Source of the DNA: an uncultured delta proteobacterium
Lineage (GTDB): Bacteria; Desulfobacterota; Binatia; Bin18
DNA: 64,000 nt
Direction: 5' to 3'
NCBI GenBank assembly: GCA_963733195.1
Contig: CAVTCR010000056.1
Location: 1 to 64,000 of the forward strand
The translations under genes and the position numbers were made by a program. The notes under the pieces were generated by a model. It saw nothing but the letters and a program-made list of their open reading frames with translations, was not told where the DNA came from and searched no databases. This document shows, piece by piece, positions 20,162 to 31,364 of the stretch. Position 1 is the first letter of the stretch. Every line of letters starts with the position of its first letter.

Positions 20162-20599
20162 ATGGGACTGTTCGATTTCGTCAGAAACATTGGCAAGAAG
20201 ATTTTTAATCGCGATGACGAAGCAGAGGCGAAGATCAAAGCTGAGATCGAGTCGTCAAATCCGGGACTCAGCGGCTTAAATGTTAACTACGATCCAGCCA
20301 GCGGGAAAGTCGCATTGTCAGGATCAGCCGCCTCTGCCGAAGCCATGCAGAAAGCAGTCTTGATCGCTGGTAACGTACAAGGCGTAGCGGAGGTTGATGC
20401 CGCCCAAGTGCAAGCTCCGGCAGAGAAGGAGAAAGTTGAGTATTACATCATTAAGTCAGGTGACAACCTGTCCAAGATCTCCAAGCAGTTCTACGGTGAT
20501 CCCAACAAATACAATCGTATCTTCGAGGCCAACCGCGAGGTCATCAAAGATGCGAACCTGATCTTTCCTGGGCAGAAGATTCGTATCCCACTCGATTAA
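20162..20599 (+). CDS. ygaU: BON-LysM protein (YgaU/Kbp type)
   Basis: MGLFDFVRNIGKKIF N-terminus, BON domain, LysM YIIKSGDNLSKISKQFYG..IFPGQKIRIP. Confidence 0.9.
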   Translation: MGLFDFVRNIGKKIFNRDDEAEAKIKAEIESSNPGLSGLNVNYDPASGKVALSGSAASAEAMQKAVLIAGNVQGVAEVDAAQVQAPAEKEKVEYYIIKSGDNLSKISKQFYGDPNKYNRIFEANREVIKDANLIFPGQKIRIPLD

Positions 20600-20629
20600 G
20601 ATCACTAATTCTAACTTATTATAACTGAG

Positions 20630-20663
20630 AAAGAGGGTATGCGATTTCGTGCCCTCTTTTTTT
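20630..20663 (+). terminator. Rho-independent terminator
   Basis: AAAGAGGGTATG-loop-CGTGCCCTCTTTTTTT directly after ygaU. Confidence 0.7.
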
Positions 20664-20841
20664 GTCTGTGGTTCGGTTGTGCGGTGGAAGAGGGAGTGGT
20701 ATAAACTGTTCCGCCGAACGGAGAACGGGGCTGTATCTTTGCTTCTTTCTTGGTGCTTCGCCCTTGCATCTCGTGCCAGGGCTCACTAAAGTGCGCAAGC
20801 AGACATCCTGTCCGTACGGACTTTCTCAATAGGAGGGAACG

Positions 20842-21711
20842 TTGCAAGCATTTACATATGAAGCCCCTCGATCACTCGATCAGGCGCTCAGTCTATTTTC
20901 CTCTTCTGGTGACAAGGCGCGAGCCTTAGTTGGTGGGACTGACTTACTGATCCAGATGCGTGCTGCCACCCGGCAGCCAGACGTTATTGTCGATGTCAAA
21001 AGCATACCTGAGCTGCAAATCATCGCTTTTGATCCGCAAACTGGACTGCGTCTTGGTGCTGCTGTACCGAGTGTGCGCATTTATGAAGATAAGATGATGC
21101 AGGACAAATATCCTGGCCTCACTGAAGCAGCGTGGCTCATCGGCTCGGTACAAATTAAGCATCGTTGCTCTGTCGGTGGCAACCTCTGTAACGGATCGCC
21201 AGCAGCAGATACCCCACCCGCGCTCATCGCGCTCGGAGCAGAATGTGTCATTGCTAGTTCTAAGGGAACACGCACGGTGAAAGCGGAAGACTTTGTTCTT
21301 TCCCCAGGACGCACGGTTCTCCAACCTGGAGAGATTCTGGTCGAGTTCCGTGTCCCGGCACCGAAGCCGCATTCAGCGGATTGTTATCAACGTTTCATTC
21401 CCCGTAATGAAATGGACATCGCTGTGGTTGGGGTTGGAGCATCGGTGACGCTCAATGGTGACACCTGCACAGCTGCACGGATCGGGTTGGGAGCGGTCGC
21501 ACCAACGCCATTGTTTGCCAAAGCCGCGAGCGAGTCCCTAGTGGGCAAGCCATTAAACGAGCAAAATATTGCGGCAGCAGCGGCGTTAGCACAGCAAATT
21601 GCGGTACCGATTACCGATATGCGCGGGACCGTGGATTATCGCAATCATATGGTTGGCGTTCTCACCCGTCGGGTGCTTACTGAAGCCGCCGCACGAGCAA
21701 AGAAGAAGTAA
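20842..21711 (+). CDS. Xanthine dehydrogenase family FAD subunit (CoxM-like)
   Basis: LVGGTDL, SVGGNLCNGSPAAD, ITDMRGTVDYR. Confidence 0.9.
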   Translation: MQAFTYEAPRSLDQALSLFSSSGDKARALVGGTDLLIQMRAATRQPDVIVDVKSIPELQIIAFDPQTGLRLGAAVPSVRIYEDKMMQDKYPGLTEAAWLIGSVQIKHRCSVGGNLCNGSPAADTPPALIALGAECVIASSKGTRTVKAEDFVLSPGRTVLQPGEILVEFRVPAPKPHSADCYQRFIPRNEMDIAVVGVGASVTLNGDTCTAARIGLGAVAPTPLFAKAASESLVGKPLNEQNIAAAAALAQQIAVPITDMRGTVDYRNHMVGVLTRRVLTEAAARAKKK

Positions 21712-21724
21712 GGAAGGGAACATC

Positions 21725-22207
21725 ATGTCAGGTAAAGTACATGTCGAAACAACATTGAACGGGGAACAAGTCGAGTTCCTGTGTGAACCACGCCAGAGTG
21801 CACTGGAAGTCCTTCGTGACGTGCTCGGTTTCACCGGAACGAAAGAGGGATGTCTAACCGGCGACTGTGGTGCGTGTAGCATAGTCATGGATGGTCGAGT
21901 CGTATGCTCTTGTCTCGTGCTCGGTCCAGAGATGCAGGGATGTAAAGTTGAGACCGTCGAAGGCATCGCCAAGGATGGAGAGAAGCTGCATCCATTACAG
22001 CAGAAGTTCTTAGAGCATGCTGCTCTCCAGTGTGGAATTTGTACGCCCGGGTTTTTAGTCGCTGCAAAAGCACTTCTCGATAAGAATCCCAAGCCAACTG
22101 AACATGAAGTGCGGTTCGGTTTAGCTGGGAATCTTTGCCGTTGTACTGGTTATGATAAGATCGTGCGTGCGGTCATGGATGCCGCCACGGTTATGCAAGG
22201 GAGGTAA
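21725..22207 (+). CDS. Xanthine dehydrogenase family 2x[2Fe-2S] subunit (CoxS-like)
   Basis: GCLTGDCGACS..SC, QCGICTPG, GNLCRCTGY. Confidence 0.95.
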   Translation: MSGKVHVETTLNGEQVEFLCEPRQSALEVLRDVLGFTGTKEGCLTGDCGACSIVMDGRVVCSCLVLGPEMQGCKVETVEGIAKDGEKLHPLQQKFLEHAALQCGICTPGFLVAAKALLDKNPKPTEHEVRFGLAGNLCRCTGYDKIVRAVMDAATVMQGR

Positions 22208-22209
22208 AC

Positions 22210-24483
22210 ATGGCAACTGTGCAGGAAGCAAAATTCAAAGTCATCGGTACTCGTCCCATTCGCCACGATGGTGTGGACAAAGTCACTGGTCGTGCGCGAT
22301 ATGGCGCGGACGTCACTCTTCCCGGCCTGCTGCATGGCAAGGTGCTACGCAGCCCACATGCGCATGCGCGGATTAAATCTCTCGATGTCTCGGCGGCGGC
22401 GGCGCTGCCTGGGGTGAAAGCCGTCGTCACAAGTGCGGACTTCCCGAAGCTCCAGTCCGGCGTCGTGCCGATGGGTGAGCTGGCGATGAATCCCCACTAC
22501 ATGTCCATGAATCTCCTGGCGCATGACAAAGTGCTCTACGATGGGCATCCGGTGGCGGCTGTGGCGGCAACCAGCCCGCACATTGCCGAGGAAGCGGTGA
22601 AACTGATTAAGGTCGAGTATGAAGTCCTCCCCCATGTGCAAGACGTACGCAGCGCGATGAAGGAGGACGCCCCCATTCTCCTGCCTGATGTACGCACCAG
22701 CGGGACGCCGGAGAAAAGCGATAAACAAACGAATATCGCCAGCCAGGTTCGTTTTGCCCGTGGTGACCTAGAGGCCGGTTTCAAAGCGGCTGATGTGGTT
22801 GTCGAGCGCGAGTTCAATACCGCGATGGTCCATCAAGGATATATTGAGCCACATAACGCTGTGGCGCAGTACAACGCTGATGGGCAAACCACTATCTGGA
22901 CAAGCACGCAAGGTGCGTTTACCACGCGCGATCAGTGCGGCCTAGTGCTGGGTATTCCGGCGAGTTCAATCAAGGTCATACCGGCAGAAATCGGTGGGGG
23001 CTTTGGCGGAAAAATCGGAATCTATCTTGAGCCTCTTGCCCTCCTGCTGTCGAAGAAGTCCGGCAAGCCGGTCAAATTAGTGATGAGCCGAGGCGAAGTG
23101 CTGCGTGCCACCGGACCGACGTCTGGTTCGCATATCCGCGTCAAGATGGGAGCGAACAAACAAGGCAAAATCACAGCCGCGCAGATTTGGATGGCATACG
23201 AGGCTGGTGCCTTCCCAGGTTCGCCAGTGGGAGCTGGCTGTATGACAGTGCTGGCGCCATACGATTTGGAAAATCTCCAGATCGATGGCTTCGACGTAGT
23301 GGTCAACAGACCCAAGACCGCAGCCTACCGCGCGCCAGGAGCGACGAATGCCGCGATGGGTGCTGAAACGGTGATCGACGAGCTGGCGGAAAAGCTGGGC
23401 ATCGATCCATTAGAATTTCGCCGGATCAACGGAGCAAAGGAAGGGACGGCGCAACCGGCTGGGCCAAAGTTCTTGCGTATCGGCTATCTGGAAACACTCG
23501 ACGCGGCCAAGAATAGTGCTCACTACAAGTCGCCGTTGCCGAAAGTGAGTGGCAAGCTCGTAGGGCGGGGCGTCGCTTCGGGTTTCTGGTTCAATGCCGG
23601 TTTTCAGTCGAGCGCTACAGTCAATATCAACACCGACGGAACAGCGAACGTCGTTACCGGCTCGCCTGACATTGGCGGTAGCCGTGCGTCAATGGCGATG
23701 ATCACTGCTGAGGTGCTAGGCCTCAAAGCTGAAGAAGTCCATCCGGTCGTCGCTGATACCGAGTCAATTGGTCACACGGACATGACGGGTGGTAGCCGGG
23801 TGACCTTTGCCACTGGCTATGCGGTGTACGAAGCTGCCCAGGATGCGGTGAATCAACTAAAGCAGCGTGCCGCAACGCTGTGGAAGGCGAAACCTGAGGA
23901 AGTTATCTTTCAAGATGGTGTGGTTTCACGCACGACAAACGGTCAGGAGTCGATGACGCTGAAAGAGCTAGCGGCAAAGCTTCCTCGTGCTGGCGGCCCA
24001 GTCGGTGGACGTGCGTCAGTGAATCCGCGTGGTGTCGGACCTGCCTTTGCTACTCATGTAGTCGATGTTGCGGTAGACCCAGAGACCGGCAAGGTTGATG
24101 TCTTGCGCTACACCGCGGTCCAAGACGTGGGTAAAGCAGTGCACCCGAGCTATGTCGAAGGGCAGATGCAGGGAGCTGTTGCCCAAGGCGTCGGCTGGGC
24201 CTTAAATGAAGAATACTTCTATGATGAGAAAGGGACACTGCGGAACGCGGGATTTCTCGACTACCGTATGCCCACGACTCTTGATCTACCCCTGATCGAG
24301 ACAATCCTTATCGAAGTGCCGAACCCCGGTCATCCGATTGGGATTCGCGGTGTCGGCGAGGTGCCAATTGTTCCGCCGCCGGCAGCGATTGCCAATGCTA
24401 TCTATCGCGCCGTCGGCGTGCGGATGACCGAACTGCCCATGTCACCGCCGAAGGTAGTGAAGGCGGTGCTGGAGAAGAAGTAG
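22210..24483 (+). CDS. Xanthine dehydrogenase family molybdopterin subunit L1
   Basis: 757 aa; HQGYIEPH, IGGGFGGK, AYRAPG, GGSRVT, GVGEVP. Confidence 0.95.
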   Translation: MATVQEAKFKVIGTRPIRHDGVDKVTGRARYGADVTLPGLLHGKVLRSPHAHARIKSLDVSAAAALPGVKAVVTSADFPKLQSGVVPMGELAMNPHYMSMNLLAHDKVLYDGHPVAAVAATSPHIAEEAVKLIKVEYEVLPHVQDVRSAMKEDAPILLPDVRTSGTPEKSDKQTNIASQVRFARGDLEAGFKAADVVVEREFNTAMVHQGYIEPHNAVAQYNADGQTTIWTSTQGAFTTRDQCGLVLGIPASSIKVIPAEIGGGFGGKIGIYLEPLALLLSKKSGKPVKLVMSRGEVLRATGPTSGSHIRVKMGANKQGKITAAQIWMAYEAGAFPGSPVGAGCMTVLAPYDLENLQIDGFDVVVNRPKTAAYRAPGATNAAMGAETVIDELAEKLGIDPLEFRRINGAKEGTAQPAGPKFLRIGYLETLDAAKNSAHYKSPLPKVSGKLVGRGVASGFWFNAGFQSSATVNINTDGTANVVTGSPDIGGSRASMAMITAEVLGLKAEEVHPVVADTESIGHTDMTGGSRVTFATGYAVYEAAQDAVNQLKQRAATLWKAKPEEVIFQDGVVSRTTNGQESMTLKELAAKLPRAGGPVGGRASVNPRGVGPAFATHVVDVAVDPETGKVDVLRYTAVQDVGKAVHPSYVEGQMQGAVAQGVGWALNEEYFYDEKGTLRNAGFLDYRMPTTLDLPLIETILIEVPNPGHPIGIRGVGEVPIVPPPAAIANAIYRAVGVRMTELPMSPPKVVKAVLEKK

Positions 24484-24575
24484 AAAAATAGGGGACGGGT
24501 TACAGAGAGACAGGGGACGGTAAGAAGTCCTTTCTTCTCTCTGTAACCTGTTCACTCCGTACCCTGTAACCTACT

Positions 24576-24840
24576 ATGGCCACCGTTTTTATCCCCGCTT
24601 TACTTGCGTAAATTGACCGGCGGCAAAGATCGCACCTCGGCAACTGGGGCGACGCTCAGGGAACTCATTAACGATTTGGAACGTCAGTTTCCTGGTTTTC
24701 GTGACCGCGTGGTTGAGCAAGGTGATTTAGCTGGCTCGGTTGCTGTCTCGATCAATGGTGAAGTCATCACTGGCGGTTTGTCCGAGCCTGTCCCATCCGA
24801 TAGTGAGATCCATTTTGTTCCGGCTATTGCTGGAGGATGA
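24576..24840 (+). CDS. MoaD/ThiS family sulfur carrier (one indel near start)
   Basis: MATVFIP-LRKLTGG..., C-terminal VPAIAGG diglycine. Confidence 0.85.
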
Positions 24841-24913
24841 ACACTGTAGTCTGGTGAGTCCTGGGGAAGGGCGCACCGCGTTCTTCCCCATTTTTTTGTG
24901 ACAGGAGGTGAGT

Positions 24914-27191
24914 ATGGAAGCGCAACCAGAGCATAAGTTCAAAGTCATTGGCACACGTCCGATTCGTCATGACGGAGTAGATAAAGTGACAGGCCGCGCT
25001 CGTTATGGCGCCGACATTAGCCTGCCTGGAATGTTGCACGCGAAAGTGTTGCGCAGCCCTCATGCGCATGCGCGTATCAAAGCGATTGATACTTCGGCGG
25101 CGCGGGCGTTGTCAGGGGTGAAAGCCGTCATCACGGGTGCGGATTTTCCCGATGTCCCGCCTGAGCTCGTCCAGGTAGGTGAGAATTTAATCAACGCCCG
25201 TAATTTGTCCATGAACATTATGGCGCGAGACAAAGTGCTCTACGATGGGCATGCGGTAGCAGCCGTGGCGGCGACCAGCCCACACATTGCCGAGGAGGCA
25301 GTGAAACTTATCAAAGTTGAGTATGAACCCTTGCCTCATGTCCAAGATGTTCTTGCGGCGATGAAGGACGACGCGCCGATTTTGCATCCGTATCTCCGCA
25401 CGAGTGGAACGGCGGAGAAGAGTGATAAACAAACAAACGTTGCCAGTCAGGTTCGCTTTGCCCGTGGCGACCTGGAGGCAGGATTTAAGGCGGCTGAGGT
25501 GATCGTCGAGCGCGAGTTTAATACGGCGATGGTCCACCAGGGCTACATCGAACCGCACAACGCGGTCGCGCAATACAACCAAGATGGACGCAGCACGATT
25601 TGGGTAAGCACCCAGGGAACCTTCGCGATCCGTGAGCTGTGCGGTCATATCCTGCAGATGAATCGCGGTGATATTAAAGTGGTTCCGGCTGAAATCGGTG
25701 GTGGATTTGGTGGCAAAACCACCGTCTATTTGGAGCCGCTCGCTTTACTCTTGTCCAAAAAGACAGGCAGACCTGTCAAGATGGTGATGACCCGCAACGA
25801 AGTACTCAGAGCGACTGGTCCAACCTCAGGCTCGCATATTCGCGTCAAGATCGGAGCGAACAAAGAGGGAAAGATCACGGCGGCGCAGGTGTGGATGGCG
25901 TACGAAGCCGGTGCCTATCCTGGTTCACCGATTGCCGTCGGCTGTATGACCGTGCTGGCTCCGTACGACATCGACAATCTGCAAATCGACGGCTTCGATG
26001 TGGTTCTGAACAAACCCAAGACTGCTGCGTATCGCGCTCCGGGTGCAACCAATGCTGCATTTGCTACCGAAACCGTGATTGACGAGATCGTGGAAAAACT
26101 CGGCATTGACCCCTTAGAATTTCGTCGCATCAATGGAGCAAAAGAAGGGACTGCGCAACCAGCTGGGCCGCAGTTCAGGCGCATTGGCCATCTTGAGACA
26201 GTCGAAGCCATCAAAAACAGCCCCCATTATCAATCTCCGCTGCAGAAGTCACACAATGGGAAACTGCGAGGTCGTGGGGTGGCGTCGGGCTTCTGGATTA
26301 ACGCGGGTTTCCAGTCCTCGGCGATAGTCAGTATTAACACCGACGGAACGGCGAATGTCGTTACTGGCTCGCCTGATATCGGCGGCACCCGCGCCTCGTG
26401 TGCAATGATCGCCGCTGAGGTGTTGGGCCTCACAGCCGAAGAAGTACATCCGGTCGTTGCCGATACGGAGTCAATTGGTCATACTGACACCACCGGTGGC
26501 AGCCGTGTGACCTTTGCCACTGGCTATGCGGTCTATGAAGCGGCTCAGGATGCAGTGAATCAACTCAAGCAGCGCGCCGCGACCTTGTGGAAGGCTAAGC
26601 CTGGTGACGTTGTCTACCAGGATGGCGTCGTGTCGTGCACGACGAACGGCCATGAATCCATGACTCTCAGAGAGTTAGCAGGAAAACTGCCCCGCGCTGG
26701 TGGTCCAGTGACAGGACGGGCGTCGATGACCCCGCGCGGTGTTGGTCCTGCATTTACGACCCACGTGGTGGACGTTGAGGTCGATGCTGAGACTGGCAAA
26801 GTCGATATTTTACGCTACACCGCCGCACAAGATGTTGGCAAAGCGGTGCATCCGAGCTACGTCGAAGGCCAGATCCAAGGTGGTGTGTCACAAGGAGTGG
26901 GGTGGGCGCTGAATGAGGAGTACTACTACGATGAGAACGGTATCATGCGGAACACGGGATTTCTCGATTACCGTATGCCCACGACTGTCTTGATCTGCCG
27001 ATGATCGAGACGATCCTGGTTGAGGTGCCGAATCCAGGCCATCCGATCGGCATTCGTGGCGTCGGCGAAGTGCCGATCGTGCCGCCACCGGCAGCGATTG
27101 CCAATGCGATCTACCGGCGGTTGGCGTGCGGATGACAGAACTGCCCATGTCACCGCCGAAAGTCGTGAAGGCGGTGTTGGAGAAGAAGTAA
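24914..27191 (+). CDS. Xanthine dehydrogenase family molybdopterin subunit L2 (paralog of L1; indels near C-terminus)
   Basis: Highly similar to 22210-24483 over the full length; ends ...VVKAVLEKK at TAA 27189-27191. Confidence 0.9.
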
Positions 27192-27268
27192 GAAAAGAAG
27201 GGATAGGTTACAGGGGCCAGGGGCCGGTAAGAAGGCTTTTCCTCTGTAAGCTGTCCCCTGTAACCTCT

Positions 27269-28276
27269 TTACGGCAGCAAATCTTTTACAGCCAAGCGAC
27301 CGACTTCTTGGCCATCGATGACGACGGGTATCGCATCTTCCAGACCATAATTTTGCTGCTGTTGGTAATCTGGTTGCTCATCGGTCCTGAAGGGTCGCTA
27401 TACACCTCAATCTGATTGGCGAGCAAATTAACAATCCAGTACACGGGAAATTCCCGCCGCTGCGTACAGATCTGCTTCTTCAGTGTGCGGTCTCGTTGAA
27501 GAGCTGGAATCTGCTACTTCAACTACCAGGGCGATGTCTTGAGGTCCGGGATGGCGGTCGAGATATTGACGTCTATTGCCACGCACTACAGCCACATCGG
27601 GTTCAGGTTCACTATCCGTGGTAGTAACAGGCTCTTGAGCATCAACATACCAGCCTGAGGGAAGAAGCTGAGCTAAAGCCTCACGGACCAAATGCGTGAC
27701 GACACGATGCTTCGGGATTTTTCGACATTTTGGTCACCAACCATCCTTCCAGCAATTCGACGGGATCATCTTCAGTTAAAATGCCCGCCTGAATCATGGC
27801 GTGATACTGATCCACACTGAGGCGCCAGATGACATCGGTTGATACGATGACAGCTTCAAGGAACGATCTCGCTGAGAGTGGAATCTGCTACCTCAACTAC
27901 TAGGGCGACATCTTGCGGACTAGGATGTCGGTCGAGTGTATTGACGTGTATTCTCCTCGAACGATTGTCTACATCTGGTTCAGGCTCACTATCCGTGGTC
28001 AACAGGTTCTTGTGCAGTCAACGTACCAACCTGCAGCGATGATCCTTTGCTAAGGCATGACGGGCCAGACGCGTTGCTGACAACCGTGTGTTTTGGATTT
28101 TTTGACATTTTTGTCACCAACCATCCTTCCAGTAATTCGACAGGATCATCTTCAGTTAAAATGCCAGTCTGAATCATGGCGTGATACTGGTCCACACTGA
28201 AGCGCCAGATGATATCGGTTGGGACAGCGACAGATTGTTCGTTGAGGACTGAGGCCGATGGTGCCGTCACAGACAT
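27269..28276 (-). CDS. Uma2 (DUF820) family endonuclease: two tandem paralogous copies fused or truncated
   Basis: Two diverged copies of WRxSVDQYHAMIQxGILTEDDPVELLEGWLV..EPEPDV..LVVEVADS; the first stops at about 27865 where the second starts; C-terminus GRLAVKDLLP. Confidence 0.8.
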
Positions 28277-28445
28277 ACGATTGCTCCTTTGAAGTCCAGG
28301 ACTCAGCTTAACCGGCCTTGAAAGACCTGCCTACATTCATTCGCCGCTCTTCGGCTTCTTTATCACTCTTCATTTTCTTCCAGCCTTTAGCCTTCAGCCT
28401 ATCTTCTTATTCTTCATTCTTCATTTTTAATTTTTCATTCTTCAT

Positions 28446-31215
28446 TTATTTCAGCCCCGCCTTACGCAACGCCGCAATATGCCGCTCCAACACCGCTGGA
28501 TCTTTGATCGGCATTCGCTGCTTGTGCACTTCCAGTGAGAAATTGGGATTCAGTCGTAGGACCTCAGCCGCCTCCGCCTGCGCCTCGGCGGCTTGGCCCA
28601 GCTCGCTGTAGACCGCTGCCAGCGTCAGATGGGCGCCCAGAATGTTGGGATAGCGACTGAGAAAGCGCTGCAAAGGAGCAATCGCTTCCTCGTAGCCGCC
28701 CTGCCACGGCATAGGCAATGCCGACGCTGTTTAAGTGAGCGTCCACAATAGAGGACTTCAGGCGCAACGCCTTTGCTGCGGCCCCCAGGGCGTCCTCCGA
28801 CTTGCCCATATAGCTCAGCACCTCAGCCAGAGCCGCATAGCTCACAGCCTCATTGGGATCGAGGGCCACGGCCCGCTCCATCTCCGCGGGCCTGGTCATA
28901 CTGCTTTTGCCACAGATAGACATGCCCAAGAAGGTGGCTCCAGGGGAGCAGTGTCATTCAAGGCAATCGCCCGTTGTCGCCGCCGCCACTGCCGGCTCCA
29001 ACGTCTGGGCATCTGGGCTCTGTTGAGAGGCCCACTGCTACAAGTAGTTGGCAGCCAGGATGAAGTAGGCACGCAAAATAATTGGGGTCTGCGGCTGATG
29101 AGCTTCCTTCAGCGTGGCGATCGCCTCGGCATACCGCCCGGTCAAGTAGTAGGCCAGCCCAAGTCGAATAAGTACCAGGGCGGAAGCGGGGGTTGAGACG
29201 GCATCGCCTGCTCCATCGACCTGCAGGGCTTCCTCTGGCCTGCCCGCGAAGTTCAGCACCTCCGCCTGGATCGCATAGCTATCCGCATTGTTGGGATCAA
29301 GGGCGATAGCTCGTTCGCCTTCGGCGATGGCTTGCTCATACTGCTGTTTCTGTGCATAGACATAGCTCAAGAGCCAATGGGCTATCGGCAGGGAGTCATC
29401 CAGGGCGATAGCCTTTTGCGCCATCGCCAACGCCCGCTCCAGGGTCTGGGGATCTGCACTCCAGCGCCAGATCCACTCAAGGTAGTAGGTCCACCCAACC
29501 AGGCGTACGCCTCGGCATACTGCGGGTCCAGGGCAAAGGCTTTCTCAAACATCTGCCGCGCCTGGGCATTGGCCTCTTTCGTGTAGCGCTACAATGATAC
29601 TCCAGCCCACGCAAGAAGGCATCGTAGGCCTCCAGATTGTTCGGTGTGTTTGCGCACGATGAACCCTTGCTCTTGCAATGTTAGCTGCAGCTTCAGCGTC
29701 GTCACGATCTTCTGCACGATCTCATCTTGCAGGGCGAAGATATCCTTGAGCGGCCGGTCATACTGCTCGGACCACAGGTGATAGCCGGTCGTGGCGTCGA
29801 TCAACTGCGTGGTAATCCGTACCCGCTGGTCGGCTCGCTGCACACTGCCTTCCAGCACATAGCGCACCCCCATCTCGCGCCCTACGTCCTGTACTTTCGC
29901 CGCTTTGCCTTTGTAAGTGAAAGCGGAGTTGCGGGCGATCACGAACAGGCTGGAGATTTGTGAGAGGGCCGTGGTAAGGCCCTCAGTTATTCCATCGCTG
30001 AAATACTCCTGCCTGGGATCTTCACTCATATTAACGAAGGGCAGGATGACGATGGAGGGTTTGTCGGGCAGGGGAAGGGGCTGGGTGCTAGGTGTTAGGG
30101 GTTGGGTGCTGGTAGGAAAGGGGAGGTAACGGATAGTGACGACTGATGCTGCGATGAGTAGCAGACCAGCCACTATCCATCGGCGCGCAGGGCGCACCCG
30201 CCGGTCTGGTGTTATTGTAGGGGCAACCCTTCCCCACGTCTTGTACCTTCACCGCTTTGCCTTTGTAGGTGAAGGCCGAGTTGCGGGCGATGACAAACAG
30301 GCTGGAGATCTTGGAGAGGTCACCGGTGAGCACTTCGGTGAGGCCGTCGCTGAAATACTCCTGCTCGGGGTCTCCACTCATATTGACGAAGGGCAGCACG
30401 ACGATGGAGGGCTTGTCGGGCAAGGGCAGCGCAGCGGGCGCGGCCTGCGGGACTAGGGGTTGGGGTGCTAGGGGTGGTAGGAAGAGGAAAGATACCGGAC
30501 AGTCAACGAACGTTGCCTGCGATGAGCACCAGCCCAGCTAGCACACAGTCCACGACCCGGCGTCTGCAAACCCCGCCAGTCCACCTTTCGACAGTGCTCA
30601 GGAGTGATCCGGAGTCGGTGTCCGTTCGTGCTGAGCTTGTCGAAGCACGGCTTGCTCGACCAGGGTTGCTGCGGCTTCATCCAACACTACCCGATACATC
30701 CGCACCGGCTCAGCGATGTTCTTGACGTCTGTTCGCCCAGATACTCATAACCAAGCGCTACCTTATTCTTGACATGGTCGTAGACCGTGCCGGAGATGCA
30801 AATACCGCCCGGAATCGCCAGACTCTCCAACCGCGCGGCGATGTTGACCCCATCGCCGTAGAGCCGTTCGCCCTCGACGATCACATCGCCCAGGTTGATG
30901 CCGATGCGAAACTGCATCTGACGGTGTTCAGGGAGACTCGGCGTTCTTGCCCTTGAGTTCATGTTGAATTTCGACTGCGCAGCGCACGGCATCGACCACA
31001 CTGGCGAACTCGGCCAAGAGATTATCACCTGGAGAATCCACCACTCGTCCACGGTGGCGCTGAATAAGAGAGGAGATCAGGGCGCGGTAGGCAGTAAGGG
31101 TGCGGATGGTGGCCTCTTCATCGTCTCCCATGAGACGACTGTAGCCAGCGACATCCGTACTGAAGATCGCCGCTAGCTTGCGCTCCATCCCAACTGCGGG
31201 CGTTTGGGCAGGCAT
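28446..31215 (-). CDS. Class III adenylate/guanylate cyclase + TM + TolB-like + TPR protein (frameshifted; TolB-like part duplicated)
   Basis: [50 protein letters not shown] twice, multiple TPRs, C-terminus LRKAGLK. Confidence 0.85.
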
Positions 31216-31292
31216 CTCTGCTCCTCCCTCGCGGGTGATTATCCTGCTGCTGCTTCGCGCTTGTCAACTGTCAGGTCCAGCAGCACAAAAGA

Positions 31293-31321
31293 AAAAGCCA
31301 GAAGACGGGCTCCTGGCTTTT
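31293..31321 (-). terminator. Probable terminator after the amidohydrolase gene
   Basis: AAAAGCCAG..CTGGCTTTT inverted repeat with flanking A/T runs. Confidence 0.55.
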
Positions 31322-31364
31322 CTTACTGAATTGCTAACTGCTAAAAACTGACCGTTGATCGCTG

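Noticed and set aside
20842-27191. Aerobic CO dehydrogenase (coxMSL)
   Set aside because: The active-site loop is AYRAPG, not AYxCSFR or AYRGAGR, and no coxDEFG genes are adjacent.
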